NCBI GenBank assembly: GCA_904386005.1
Contig: CAJFKR010000001.1
Coordinates: 139,525 to 203,524 of the forward strand
Direction: 5' to 3'
Origin: Candidatus Flemingiibacterium merdigallinarum
GTDB taxonomy: Bacteria; Bacillota; Clostridia; Oscillospirales; CAG-272
Length of the DNA: 64,000 nucleotides
The position numbers and the translations under genes are program-made. Of this stretch, positions 19,397 to 28,287 are shown one piece after another. The notes under the pieces are model-generated. The model was not told the origin of the DNA. It did not search any database and saw only the letters and a list, made by a program, of their open reading frames with translations. The stretch's first letter is position 1. Each line of letters opens with the position of its first letter.

Positions 19397-19640
19397 TTTC
19401 GCACCAAACTTTTTCATAACAGAACGATCGGCGGTATGACGCCGGTCATTCTTTTTTTCGGGATTATTTGTCGAAAGCATTGATTTTTAATCGCTTTTAT
19501 AATATAATTATAAAACAGATACGCGATAAAGTAAATGGACAAATCGACTATGTTAGCATAAATCAATCATGTCCGGAACGCCCCGAATATTTGCGTGTCA
19601 TATATCCACTGCGGTAAAATGCGCTTTCTGTTTGGACAAT

Positions 19641-19734
19641 TTCTAAAAATACATAAAAATCCGTGGGAAAAGCAAATCGATGACCGTCGTATCGATTTAT
19701 CTTTTCATTAAAATCGTATTTTTAGATTTTACCT
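19641..19734. repeat. 94-nt nested-palindrome element, copy A
   Basis: Roughly 85% identical by eye to 48857..48950. Nested inverted repeats tctaaaaatac/gtatttttaga, gggaaaag/cttttc and aaatcgat/atcgattt. Confidence 0.8.
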
Positions 19735-19818
19735 TTGATATTTTGTGTGAGCTGGGATATAATCAAGCGGTATAAAATTAAGGGAGCTTTCGCTTAACCG
19801 AAAGAATTGGATAAAATA

Positions 19819-20691
19819 ATGAACATTACAAACAGCACCCCTGAAATAATCAGCGACTCGAAATATTTCGAGCCTAATACGGTTCGAATAACAATATGCG
19901 GAAGCCAGCACCACGGCAAGGTCTGGCAGCATTCACACGCTTTCTATGAATTTGTCTATGTCGAGCAGGGCTTCTCGCTGCACTCGTATAATGGCAAGAC
20001 TTCGGTGCTGTGCGGCGGCGACCTGTTCGCGATATTCCCGGGCGACGTACACTCCTACAACAGCGCGTATCACACGCATATCTACAACTGTCTGTTCTAT
20101 CTCGAGGAGCTCGGCGACCTGCGGTCTGAGGTGCTGAAGCTTCCCGGCATCGACTGGGAGCGCAGGCGTGCCGCCTCGCCGCTGCCGATAATCCGCGTCG
20201 GGTTGTCCGAGCGTCGGGAGCTGGTCGAGCTGCTCGAGCATATGCGCCGCGAGCGCGAAAACAAGGCGGTCGGCTGGGAACTGAATCTGAAAGGACTGCT
20301 TATAAATTTCCTGACTATGTATTCGCGCCTGATCAGCTCGCTGCCCGATCACGAATGCAGGCAGGACGAGCGCGGTTACTGCGGGTATATCTATGCCGTA
20401 CTGAAATTTGTCGAGGAAAATTATACACATGACATCACGGGCGCGGATATCGCCGAGTTTGTCGGTTTATCGCAGGACTACCTATCGCGTCAGTTCAAGG
20501 CCGCGATGGCGATGACTCCGGTCGAGTACGTGCGCAAATTCCGCGTCGCGAAATCGATTGACTTACTGAAAACCACCGATATGTCGATTGCGAATATCGC
20601 CGACGCCTGCGGCTTCGGCGACATCAGCCTATACTCGCGCGTTTTCAAGCAGATAATCGGCGTCTCGCCCGCGGCCTTCAGAAAGGAATGA
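19819..20691 (+). CDS. AraC-family transcriptional regulator
   Basis: Cupin-like N-terminus plus HTH (IANIADACGFGDISLYSRVFKQIIGVSPAAFRKE). The start could be TTG 19807 or ATG 19819. Confidence 0.85.
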   Translation: MNITNSTPEIISDSKYFEPNTVRITICGSQHHGKVWQHSHAFYEFVYVEQGFSLHSYNGKTSVLCGGDLFAIFPGDVHSYNSAYHTHIYNCLFYLEELGDLRSEVLKLPGIDWERRRAASPLPIIRVGLSERRELVELLEHMRRERENKAVGWELNLKGLLINFLTMYSRLISSLPDHECRQDERGYCGYIYAVLKFVEENYTHDITGADIAEFVGLSQDYLSRQFKAAMAMTPVEYVRKFRVAKSIDLLKTTDMSIANIADACGFGDISLYSRVFKQIIGVSPAAFRKE

Positions 20692-20760
20692 CGCGTTTCT
20701 ACATGGACTTCAATATATATTAATTAGGCTATTGCAAAAGTGCAAGTCTGTTTGCTTTTA

Positions 20761-20798
20761 CTGGGGGAGGTGCCTTTTGAAAAAGGCACCTCCCCCAG
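20761..20798. other. Perfect 18-bp-arm inverted repeat (terminator-like hairpin without a U-tail)
   Basis: ctgggggaggtgcctttt/aaaaggcacctcccccag. No T-run on either side. Confidence 0.5.
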
Positions 20799-20879
20799 AC
20801 CCCCTCCGCGAAAACTTTAATAATTTGGTCAAAGCATAATTGTTTATAACTTCACAGAGATTATATAACTGCTTATCGT

Positions 20880-21080
20880 TAGAACAACAGAGATGCGCCG
20901 CCTAATGGGACCCTGCTTCCCAACCGGCGGCTTGGTTTCTACGTGGCTGTTTGAAATCGACTTCAGCTTCGCTGATCGCCGCTCCTCGCTCCTGAATTCT
21001 CCTCTATTCTCGCTAATCCTCGCTCCTGAATTCTCCTCTATTCCCGCTAATCCTCGCTCCTGAATCCTCATCCATTCCTG
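20880..21080 (-). repeat. GA-rich (on minus strand) intergenic repeat block: 34-bp tandem repeat x2.8 plus a hairpin module related to those at 28288 and 53688
   Basis: 34-nt units at 20987..21020, 21021..21054 and 21055..21080. The segment cagcgaagctgaagtcga (minus strand) is shared with 28299..28318. Confidence 0.6.
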
Positions 21081-21164
21081 CAATGCGCGGAAGCTGATGC
21101 TGCCCGCCGAGGTATAATTTGCAAATATGTGCGTATTGCACAAAAATAACAGAGATATTTCTGC

Positions 21165-21193
21165 TTGACAAAGCTCATATAGTGTCGTATAAT
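21165..21193 (+). promoter_or_regulatory. sigma-A consensus promoter P1 (TTGACA-17-TATAAT), about 200 nt upstream of blaI-like gene
   Basis: Exact hexamers at 21165..21170 and 21188..21193. Confidence 0.55.
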
Positions 21194-21276
21194 ATTAGTA
21201 TCGAATCGAATTTTATTACGGCTATATCACAGACTGGCGAAATTTTATAAATATCGAAAAATTTCGGCAAAACCTC

Positions 21277-21305
21277 TTGACACACGTAGTAAATTGTGAT
21301 ACAAT
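21277..21305 (+). promoter_or_regulatory. sigma-A promoter P2 (TTGACA-17-TGaTACAAT) of the blaI/blaR1-like operon
   Basis: Hexamers at 21277..21282 and 21300..21305. The palindrome ATTGT-gat-ACAAT overlaps the -10. Confidence 0.55.
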
Positions 21306-21388
21306 AGTATTGCAGGATTACACCATGACGTGTCGGAACGGCTTCCTTATCCACTTCCGGCGCGCCGATAAGGAATGGAGATAATCGT

Positions 21389-21790
21389 ATGATAAAGAAA
21401 AAGAAAGATTTCACAAAGCTTCCCGCATCCGAGCTTCAGATCATGCAGCTTATCTGGGATATGAACCAGAAGGGCGTGAAGGATATTCACGCCGGCGCGC
21501 TGCTCGCCGCTTACCCTGACGAGATTGGTCATCTCGCGCTTACCACGGTACTGACTCTCATTTCGAGACTTCAGACCAAGGGCTTTATCCGCCTTGAAAA
21601 GCACGGTCGCGCTAACTGCGCCATTGTAATCGCCGACGAGGACGAATACAAGCGCAAGGCGGCAGCCGACTTTGTTGCGACAGTTTATGAGAACAACACA
21701 AAGGGTCTGATTTCGGCTCTTTACAGCGACGGCATTCTTTCAAAGGAGGACATAGCCGAGCTGCGGCAGGAAATCGAAAACGACAAATAA
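21389..21790 (+). CDS. BlaI/MecI/CopY-family transcriptional repressor
   Basis: LPASELQIMQLIWDMN...TVLTLISRLQTKGFI winged-helix pattern. GGAATGGAG RBS. Confidence 0.88.
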   Translation: MIKKKKDFTKLPASELQIMQLIWDMNQKGVKDIHAGALLAAYPDEIGHLALTTVLTLISRLQTKGFIRLEKHGRANCAIVIADEDEYKRKAAADFVATVYENNTKGLISALYSDGILSKEDIAELRQEIENDK

Positions 21791-21805
21791 AGGTGGTGCT
21801 TCGGG

Positions 21806-23707
21806 ATGTTCGGCTTCGTTTTAAGCTTAACCGTGATGTCCGTGATGTTCACCTTGTCCGGCGGGGCGGCATTCATACTTCGGCGCACTCTAATGCGTGG
21901 GCGCGAGGGGAGAATGTACCCTGTCTGGATTGCTCTCTTTGCAATATCCGTTATACCGATTCGATTTAACCTTCCGGATATTGAACTTACCGAAGCGGCG
22001 AATTATAACACTGCTGCCGATATTTCAGACAATATCGCACAGGCTGATTCGCATTTTGACTTACAGCAGCCGATTGAGCCAGGTGTCAAGGACTCATCAG
22101 ATCTGCCGCGACAAAACGAAAATCTCGCTGAACTTCACCTGAGACGTTTCTTGGTCGCATTTGCCGAAAATCTCGATATGCTCACTTCCGTATTGTTTCT
22201 TTTGTGGCTCTCGGGCGCGACTATCAATTTCATTGTGTCGATGAACGAGTACTTTAGCGCGAAACGTATGCTTTACGCGAATTCGACGCCCCTGTGCGAT
22301 GAGCGGCTGATGTCGCTTATTGAAAAGGTGCGCGCCGATTGCCGCCTGAAGCGTCGGGTTGAAGTGCGCGTATTCGACGATATGCTGGTCGCGTCGCCGT
22401 GCGTGAGCGGTTGTCTCAAACCGATTTTGTACATCGAGTCGGGGGCTAAAGGGCTCGACGACGACAAGCTGCGCTATATCATTGCGCATGAGCTGACCCA
22501 TATCAAGCGCCACGATATTTTAATCAAGCTGTTTTCACTGTTCACCGCCGCGGTACACTGGCTGAATCCTGCAACCCGCAGCGTACTGCGCGCCGTATAC
22601 GAGGACTGCGAGCTGTCCTGCGACAGCCGGGTCATAAGTATCTACGGCAAGGAAATCAGCGGCGTCTATATGGGCGCGATACTCGATTTTGCGGAACGCT
22701 TTTCTGAAAACTCTCGACTCATCGGCGCGCCGATGCTGAACGGAGGACTGTTTGTCGCCCCGCCGTCCGGCGCACGTTATCTGAAAAGGAGATATGTGAA
22801 CATGAAAGGCTTCAGAAAAGATCGTGTGGCAGGCGTAATAACGGCATTGTTCTGCACAGCCTGCGCGGTGTCAAGCACCGTCGCGCTGTCCGCCTGCTCA
22901 GATATTACCCCAGGATTTTTCGAAAACGCGATAGTCCTCGACCAGCCGGTCGAGCAGATGGTTCGCGCATATTACGGACTGACCCTTGACGATTTCATCA
23001 CTCCGGATATGGTAGACGGAATAACGCAGCTCGAGGTCAGAGCACGCGAGAGCGCCGACGGCAAGATTTACGCCGAGTTCGTCGTGAACGGTCTCGACGG
23101 CTTTGCGTCGCCGCAGCCGAACTATTCAAAAAAGGTATATTGGGAAGACTGCACAGCCATGGCGGAAGCTATAACTGACTATGAGGGCGGTGCAGACCGG
23201 CAGAGAACCGATCTCAACAAGATCAACGCGTTCTATCAGCTCAAGGATCCAAGCGATCCAATGCTGACCGAGCGCGCACGTGCCGAGCTGCTCGCAATGT
23301 TCCCGATACTGAATGAAACCGGCGCGCTCTATTTCTTCGACCCCTACGCGTCCGAGCGCGAGATAAACGAGATACTGACGATATACGACCGCATGGGCGT
23401 CGCCGACCTGTGGGAAGTCGGCTCATACGAGTTCGACGCGTCGTCGCTGATGTATTTCACGAATCTGCGCGAGGTTACATTTGTCGGCTTTACGCCGGTG
23501 AATTACGATTTTCCGGATACGATCAAGGTGACGCTGGTCGACACGCAGCCGATCGAGACTGTCGATACCGACACGACCGAAGCGGTTGAAACGACCGAAG
23601 CGACCGACACGACCGAGGAAACCGCGGACACAAGTGCTGTTCCCAGCATCAAGGTTGAGGGCGGCGGTCGGGTTATCGTCGACAGCATTATCAGCACGCA
23701 ATCATAA
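21806..23707 (+). CDS. BlaR1-like M56 peptidase-family membrane sensor with divergent extracellular C-terminal domain
   Basis: N-terminal TM helices, zinc motif IIAHELTHIKRHD, and a Thr/Glu-rich C-terminal tail. Confidence 0.8.
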   Translation: MFGFVLSLTVMSVMFTLSGGAAFILRRTLMRGREGRMYPVWIALFAISVIPIRFNLPDIELTEAANYNTAADISDNIAQADSHFDLQQPIEPGVKDSSDLPRQNENLAELHLRRFLVAFAENLDMLTSVLFLLWLSGATINFIVSMNEYFSAKRMLYANSTPLCDERLMSLIEKVRADCRLKRRVEVRVFDDMLVASPCVSGCLKPILYIESGAKGLDDDKLRYIIAHELTHIKRHDILIKLFSLFTAAVHWLNPATRSVLRAVYEDCELSCDSRVISIYGKEISGVYMGAILDFAERFSENSRLIGAPMLNGGLFVAPPSGARYLKRRYVNMKGFRKDRVAGVITALFCTACAVSSTVALSACSDITPGFFENAIVLDQPVEQMVRAYYGLTLDDFITPDMVDGITQLEVRARESADGKIYAEFVVNGLDGFASPQPNYSKKVYWEDCTAMAEAITDYEGGADRQRTDLNKINAFYQLKDPSDPMLTERARAELLAMFPILNETGALYFFDPYASEREINEILTIYDRMGVADLWEVGSYEFDASSLMYFTNLREVTFVGFTPVNYDFPDTIKVTLVDTQPIETVDTDTTEAVETTEATDTTEETADTSAVPSIKVEGGGRVIVDSIISTQS

Positions 23708-23748
23708 ATATAAGCTCTTTGCTTAGATAAAAGCTCTTTGCTCAAATT

Positions 23749-23787
23749 AAAGCTCTCCGCTTCAAGCTGAAGCGGAGAGCTTTTTTT
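23749..23787 (+). terminator. Rho-independent terminator (probably bidirectional, between blaR1-like and ald)
   Basis: 16-bp stem aaagctctccgcttca/tgaagcggagagcttt followed by T7. Confidence 0.7.
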
Positions 23788-23810
23788 GACTTATGCTTCG
23801 ATTTTCAGAT

Positions 23811-24920
23811 TTATACTTCGAAAGGATTCGAATATTCAAGTCCGAGGCTGTCGGCGAGATTGCGATTCGCGCACTTGCCGTCGTAAATGTTCAGTCCCAT
23901 GACCAGACCGTGGTCGAGCTTCATCGCCGCTTCGAGTCCGTGCTGCGCAATCAGCATTCCGTAACGGAAGGTGGCGTTCGACAGCGCGATCGTCGACGTG
24001 TTCGGCACCGCGCCTGGCATATTTCCGACGCAGTAGTGTACGATGCCCTCGTCGATGTATACCGGATTGTCGTGCGTCGTGACGTGCGACGACTCGCAGC
24101 AGCCGCCCTGGTCGATTGCGATGTCGACGATGACCGCGCCCTTTTTCATAATTCCGAGATGCTCGCGGCGGATAAGCTTCGGAGTCGACGCTCCGGGTAT
24201 CAGCACCGAGCCTATAACGAGGTCGGCTTCGCGCAGCGACTTGCGGATATTCGCTTCGGTGCTGTACAGCGTAGTCACCGACGCGCCGAATATGTCCTCG
24301 AGGTAGGACAGCCGGTTCAGGTTGACGTCGAGCAGCGTCACCTGCGCGTCAATGCCGACCGCGGCTTTCGCGGCGTATGTGCCGGCGACGCCGCCGCCGA
24401 TTATCACAATCTTACCGCGCTCGACTCCGGGTACTCCGCCGAGCAGGATTCCGCGGCCGCCGTACGCCGCTTCGAGGTACTTCGCGCCCTCCTGTATCGA
24501 CAGTCGTCCGGCAATCTGGCTCATCGGGCGCAGGCAGGGCAGGTTGCCGTCGGCGTCGGTGATCGTTTCGAACGCGACCGCTTTGACGCCGCGTTCGAGC
24601 AGGACGTTCGCAAGCTCGGGATTCGCGGCGAGATGCAGGTAGGTGTAGAGAATCTGACCCTCGCGCAGATACTGATACTCGCAGGGCTCGGGCTCCTTGA
24701 CCTTGACAATCATATCCGCTTTGGCGAACACCTCGGCGGGCGAGTCGACAATGACCGCTCCGGCGGCGGCGTATTCGTCGTCCGAGAAATTCGCGCCCTC
24801 GCCGGCGTGTGTCTCGACATATACGGTGTGCCCCTTGGCGACATAGTCGGAAACGTTGTCGGGCGTGAGTCCGACGCGGTACTCGTGGTTTTTCAGTTCT
24901 TTTGTAGTTCCGATAATCAT
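23811..24920 (-). CDS. ald: alanine dehydrogenase
   Basis: MIIGTTKELKNHEYRVGLTP N-terminus, NAD-binding motif VIIGGGVAGTYAAKAA, 369 aa. Confidence 0.92.
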   Translation of the reverse strand: MIIGTTKELKNHEYRVGLTPDNVSDYVAKGHTVYVETHAGEGANFSDDEYAAAGAVIVDSPAEVFAKADMIVKVKEPEPCEYQYLREGQILYTYLHLAANPELANVLLERGVKAVAFETITDADGNLPCLRPMSQIAGRLSIQEGAKYLEAAYGGRGILLGGVPGVERGKIVIIGGGVAGTYAAKAAVGIDAQVTLLDVNLNRLSYLEDIFGASVTTLYSTEANIRKSLREADLVIGSVLIPGASTPKLIRREHLGIMKKGAVIVDIAIDQGGCCESSHVTTHDNPVYIDEGIVHYCVGNMPGAVPNTSTIALSNATFRYGMLIAQHGLEAAMKLDHGLVMGLNIYDGKCANRNLADSLGLEYSNPFEV

Positions 24921-24980
24921 TATGTGTTCATCCTAATCTGTGTATTTCGACGCAATAACGCGCGGTAGTATAATATACTA

Positions 24981-25009
24981 TTATACTACCGATTCGTAGA
25001 GATGTCAAT
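24981..25009 (-). promoter_or_regulatory. sigma-A promoter of ald (TTGACA-17-TATAAT, exact), overlapped by an 11-bp-arm palindrome
   Basis: On the minus strand, TTGACA is at 25004..25009 and TATAAT at 24981..24986. The palindrome ggtagtataat-atact-attatactacc spans 24965..24991. Confidence 0.6.
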
Positions 25010-25120
25010 AATATTTGCGGAAATCGCCGCGATAAAATGCAATATTTTTGATTTTCGCGGCTAAAACGCAAAAAATCCGTTCGCACCGCTGAGTGTACGA
25101 CCGGATTTCTGACCGTAATA

Positions 25121-26113
25121 TCAATAATGCACCGGCACATCGGTTTGGGCGCGTATCGTATCGACCCAGCGCGTGACGGCATCGGGAGCGGGCATAGTGT
25201 CGCAAGACCGCGATGTCTCACGGTTCATCGGATATTCGCGCCCGAGCCGCAGGCATTTCGCCGCGCCGAGCGGGTGGTAGGGCTCGACGTCGATTTCGAT
25301 TATATTCGTCAGCCGATTCGCGAGCGAAGCTATTGCCGCGAGGTGCTCTGGGCGGTCGTTCAGCCCGGGGATTATCGGACAGCGGAGTATCGATTTTGCG
25401 CCGACCGAGTCGAGCCGCAGCAGGTTATCGACAATCTGTCGGTTGTCGACGCCAGTGTATTTTTTGTGCAGCACGGGCGAGGTCTCCTTATAGTCGTAGA
25501 GGAAGATGTCGCAGACCTCGGCGAGCTCACGCAGCCGCTCAAATGGCGCGCAGCCGCTCGTCTCGACGCAGGTGTGCAGTCCCGACGCCTTCGCGCCGCG
25601 GAGAAGATTATAGGTGAATTCGAAGCTGTACAGCGGCTCGCCGCCGGTGACTGTCAGTCCTCCACGGACTGTCAGTCCGTATTCGCTGCCGTAGAAGTCG
25701 CGGTCGCGCAGGACGGTATCGAGCGTCTCGCCGACGGTCAGCTCGCGCCCACAGAGCTCGAGCGCTTCGGCAGGGCAGACGTCGGCGCAGCGTCCGCAGC
25801 CAATGCAGGCGGCGCGGTCGAAGATGTGGATTCGGTCGGGGTGACTGTTGTCGCGGTCGGTGTTACCGACTATGCGGTGGCACTCGCAGACCCGCGCGCA
25901 CTCGCCGCAGCCGATACACTTGCTCTCGTCGTAGAACAGCTCGGGTTCACGCCGCTTCGACTCGGGGTTGTGACACCAAAGGCAGTCGAGCGGACAGCCC
26001 TTCAAAAACACCGACGTGCGTATGCCCGGTCCGTCGTGGACCGAGAAACACTGAATATTGAATACTGTCGCGGTTACGGTCGGGTCGAATTGTGTGGATA
26101 AAATCTGGTTCAT
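25121..26113 (-). CDS. Glycyl-radical enzyme activase AE-1 (radical SAM with two auxiliary ferredoxin-type clusters)
   Basis: FNIQCFSVHDGPGIRTSVFLKGCPLDCLWCHNPES, plus CIGCGECARVC and CIGCGRCADVCP. Start set at ATG 26113 (MNQIL), 43 nt after the GRE-1 stop. Confidence 0.9.
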   Translation of the reverse strand: MNQILSTQFDPTVTATVFNIQCFSVHDGPGIRTSVFLKGCPLDCLWCHNPESKRREPELFYDESKCIGCGECARVCECHRIVGNTDRDNSHPDRIHIFDRAACIGCGRCADVCPAEALELCGRELTVGETLDTVLRDRDFYGSEYGLTVRGGLTVTGGEPLYSFEFTYNLLRGAKASGLHTCVETSGCAPFERLRELAEVCDIFLYDYKETSPVLHKKYTGVDNRQIVDNLLRLDSVGAKSILRCPIIPGLNDRPEHLAAIASLANRLTNIIEIDVEPYHPLGAAKCLRLGREYPMNRETSRSCDTMPAPDAVTRWVDTIRAQTDVPVHY

Positions 26114-26156
26114 GTTTGATTTTGTGTCATCTGGTATCAAGTTCGTCGGCTTTATG

Positions 26157-28265
26157 TCAAATCTCGTGCTCGGTGCGCAGCAGAACTTCCTCCTGCATCT
26201 CGGGCGAGAGGTGGACGAAATAATCGCTGTAGCCGCCGATGCGCACGACGAGGTCGCGATAAGCCTCGGGGTTCTCACGCGCGGCGAGCAGAGTGTCGCG
26301 GTCGACGATATTTATCTGTATCTCGAAACCGCCGCGCGCGAGGTAGGCGCGGATAAGCTCGGCGGCTTTGCGGCGCGAGTCGGCGTTGAAGGTCTTTTTC
26401 GTGAACTTCATATTGACCGCGACGCCGCCGATGAGTTCGGTGTGGCTCCACTTCGTGCTCGACAGTATCGACGCGGTCGGACCGCGCCTCTCGCGCCCCT
26501 GACAGGGACCCGAGCCGTCGCCGAGCGGGAATCCGGCGAGCCGTCCGTCGGGAGTCGCGCCGGTCGAACGCCCGAACTGCTCGTGCATAATCCAGCAGAA
26601 CACGCTCGGCACGAGGTGTCCGTTTGTGAACATAGGCGTGTATTTTTTGCATTCGGCGACGATGAAGTCGATGATACGACCGAACAGCGCGTCTACGCGG
26701 TCGATATCGTTGCCGTATTTGTCACAGCGGTTTAATAGCTTCAGCCGCAGCGGCTCGAAGCCCTCGAAGTTTTTGTCAAGCGCGGTCTTAAGTTCTGCAA
26801 GCGTCAGCTCGCCGCGCTCGAATATCAAGGTTCGGATAGCGTGCAGCGAGTCGACGAGATTCGCCATGCCGACAAAGCTCGGCATGATCCAGTTGTAGCG
26901 CGCGCCTCCCTGCTCTATGTCGACTCCGCGACGAAGGCAGTCGTGGACAAAGCAGGAGAGCAGCGGAGTCATTCCGCGCTCGGCGCGAAGTGCGCGTATG
27001 CGGTTCTGCTCGTCGAAGTTCGCGCGGATGTGGTTCGACAGCCGGTCGAAATAAGCGTTTATCAGCGACTCGAAGTCGTCGTATTCGCCGCCGAGCAGCT
27101 CGAGCAGCAGCCCGGGCATATTTGTGTAGGGGCTGGCTACCCAGACGTTCGACGAAGCTATCGGCGTGATTTCGACGCAGGTACTGTGTATGTACATATG
27201 CGAGTCGGACTCGGGCAGACCGTAGAGCCGTATGCCCTTTGAGATCACGTCGTCGTTGAATATTGCTGGATGCGAGCGTCCGTGCGACAGAATCTCACAG
27301 GCGCAGTCGAGGTATTCGTTCGGCATATCGCGCGTCCAGCAGAGCCCGACCGACGGATAGACGAGCCGTATGTCGTCGACGGCGCGCATACCCATTATAG
27401 TCAGCTCGTTCACGACCGGCTTGCCGTTATCGCGGCCGCCGAGCATATAGCCGGACGAGAGTCCGCGCGGCACACGGCGGTTTATCTGTATCGCGAGGCA
27501 GTCGATGAGGCACTGCGCCGTCTCGTCATCGATCGCTCCGCGCTCGACGTCGGCTTTGTAATAGCGGTAGAGGTAGCGGTCGGGGCGGCCGAGCTGAAAC
27601 TGCTGCGCGGCGAAGTAGCGGAAAGGGTCGAGCGTCAGGCAGTGCGTGACAAAATGCACCGACTGCACGGCTTCCCAGAAGCTCTCGGCAGGACCCGCGG
27701 GCACGCGGCGGCAGATGTTGGCGATAGTCCGCAGCTCTGCGGCGCGCTGTGGGTCGGTGCATTCAGCCGCGAGCTGCTCGGCACGGTTCGCGTAACGGCT
27801 CGCGTAGACCTTGACGGCTTCAAGGCAGGTGCGGCAGCAGCGGTAGAACGCGGCTTTGTCGCCGTCCGTATCGCCGAGTCTTTCGAGACAGGAGTCTATA
27901 ATAGATATAATGCCGTCGATTCCACCATCGAGCAGCAGGTCGTAGTCGACAGCCATATGCGAGTCCTGTCCGGCGATAGCGAGGCGGCTCGCGGCAATCG
28001 GCTGCAAACGCCGCCACTCATCGGCGTCGGCTTCGGTGAGCGGCGCGGACAGGTGTCCGACAATCAGCTCGTCGTCGTCAATCTCGGCGTCGAGTCCGGA
28101 GAGGGCGGTATAATAGGAGCGTGCGTAGCGTTCGCGGTCGTCAAGCTCGGGGCGGCGCTCCCACTCACGCCAGAAGCCGAGGTACATGGCTTCGTGGCAG
28201 AAGCGCGGCTCAACGGCGGCGCTCCGCAGGCGTTCGATGCGCTCGCGGTCGGAAGCTGTAAGCAT
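26157..28265 (-). CDS. Glycyl-radical enzyme GRE-1 (PFL-like fold, eliminase-type Cys-x-Glu loop), 702 aa
   Basis: C-terminal VVRIGGYSDYF with Gly codon at 26232..26234. Thiyl loop STCVE with Cys codon at 27177..27179. N-terminal ERIERLR...DDELIVG pattern. GAAAGGTG RBS before ATG 28265. Confidence 0.9.
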   Translation of the reverse strand: MLTASDRERIERLRSAAVEPRFCHEAMYLGFWREWERRPELDDRERYARSYYTALSGLDAEIDDDELIVGHLSAPLTEADADEWRRLQPIAASRLAIAGQDSHMAVDYDLLLDGGIDGIISIIDSCLERLGDTDGDKAAFYRCCRTCLEAVKVYASRYANRAEQLAAECTDPQRAAELRTIANICRRVPAGPAESFWEAVQSVHFVTHCLTLDPFRYFAAQQFQLGRPDRYLYRYYKADVERGAIDDETAQCLIDCLAIQINRRVPRGLSSGYMLGGRDNGKPVVNELTIMGMRAVDDIRLVYPSVGLCWTRDMPNEYLDCACEILSHGRSHPAIFNDDVISKGIRLYGLPESDSHMYIHSTCVEITPIASSNVWVASPYTNMPGLLLELLGGEYDDFESLINAYFDRLSNHIRANFDEQNRIRALRAERGMTPLLSCFVHDCLRRGVDIEQGGARYNWIMPSFVGMANLVDSLHAIRTLIFERGELTLAELKTALDKNFEGFEPLRLKLLNRCDKYGNDIDRVDALFGRIIDFIVAECKKYTPMFTNGHLVPSVFCWIMHEQFGRSTGATPDGRLAGFPLGDGSGPCQGRERRGPTASILSSTKWSHTELIGGVAVNMKFTKKTFNADSRRKAAELIRAYLARGGFEIQINIVDRDTLLAARENPEAYRDLVVRIGGYSDYFVHLSPEMQEEVLLRTEHEI

Positions 28266-28287
28266 AGACACACACCTTTCAAACAAG

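Noticed and set aside
20844-21143. 99-aa ORF in the 690-bp gap downstream of the AraC gene.
   Set aside because: Its sequence comes from the 34-bp tandem repeats and is low complexity (EERRSAKLK, ENSGARISENRGEF). It has no RBS, so it is most likely a repeat artefact.
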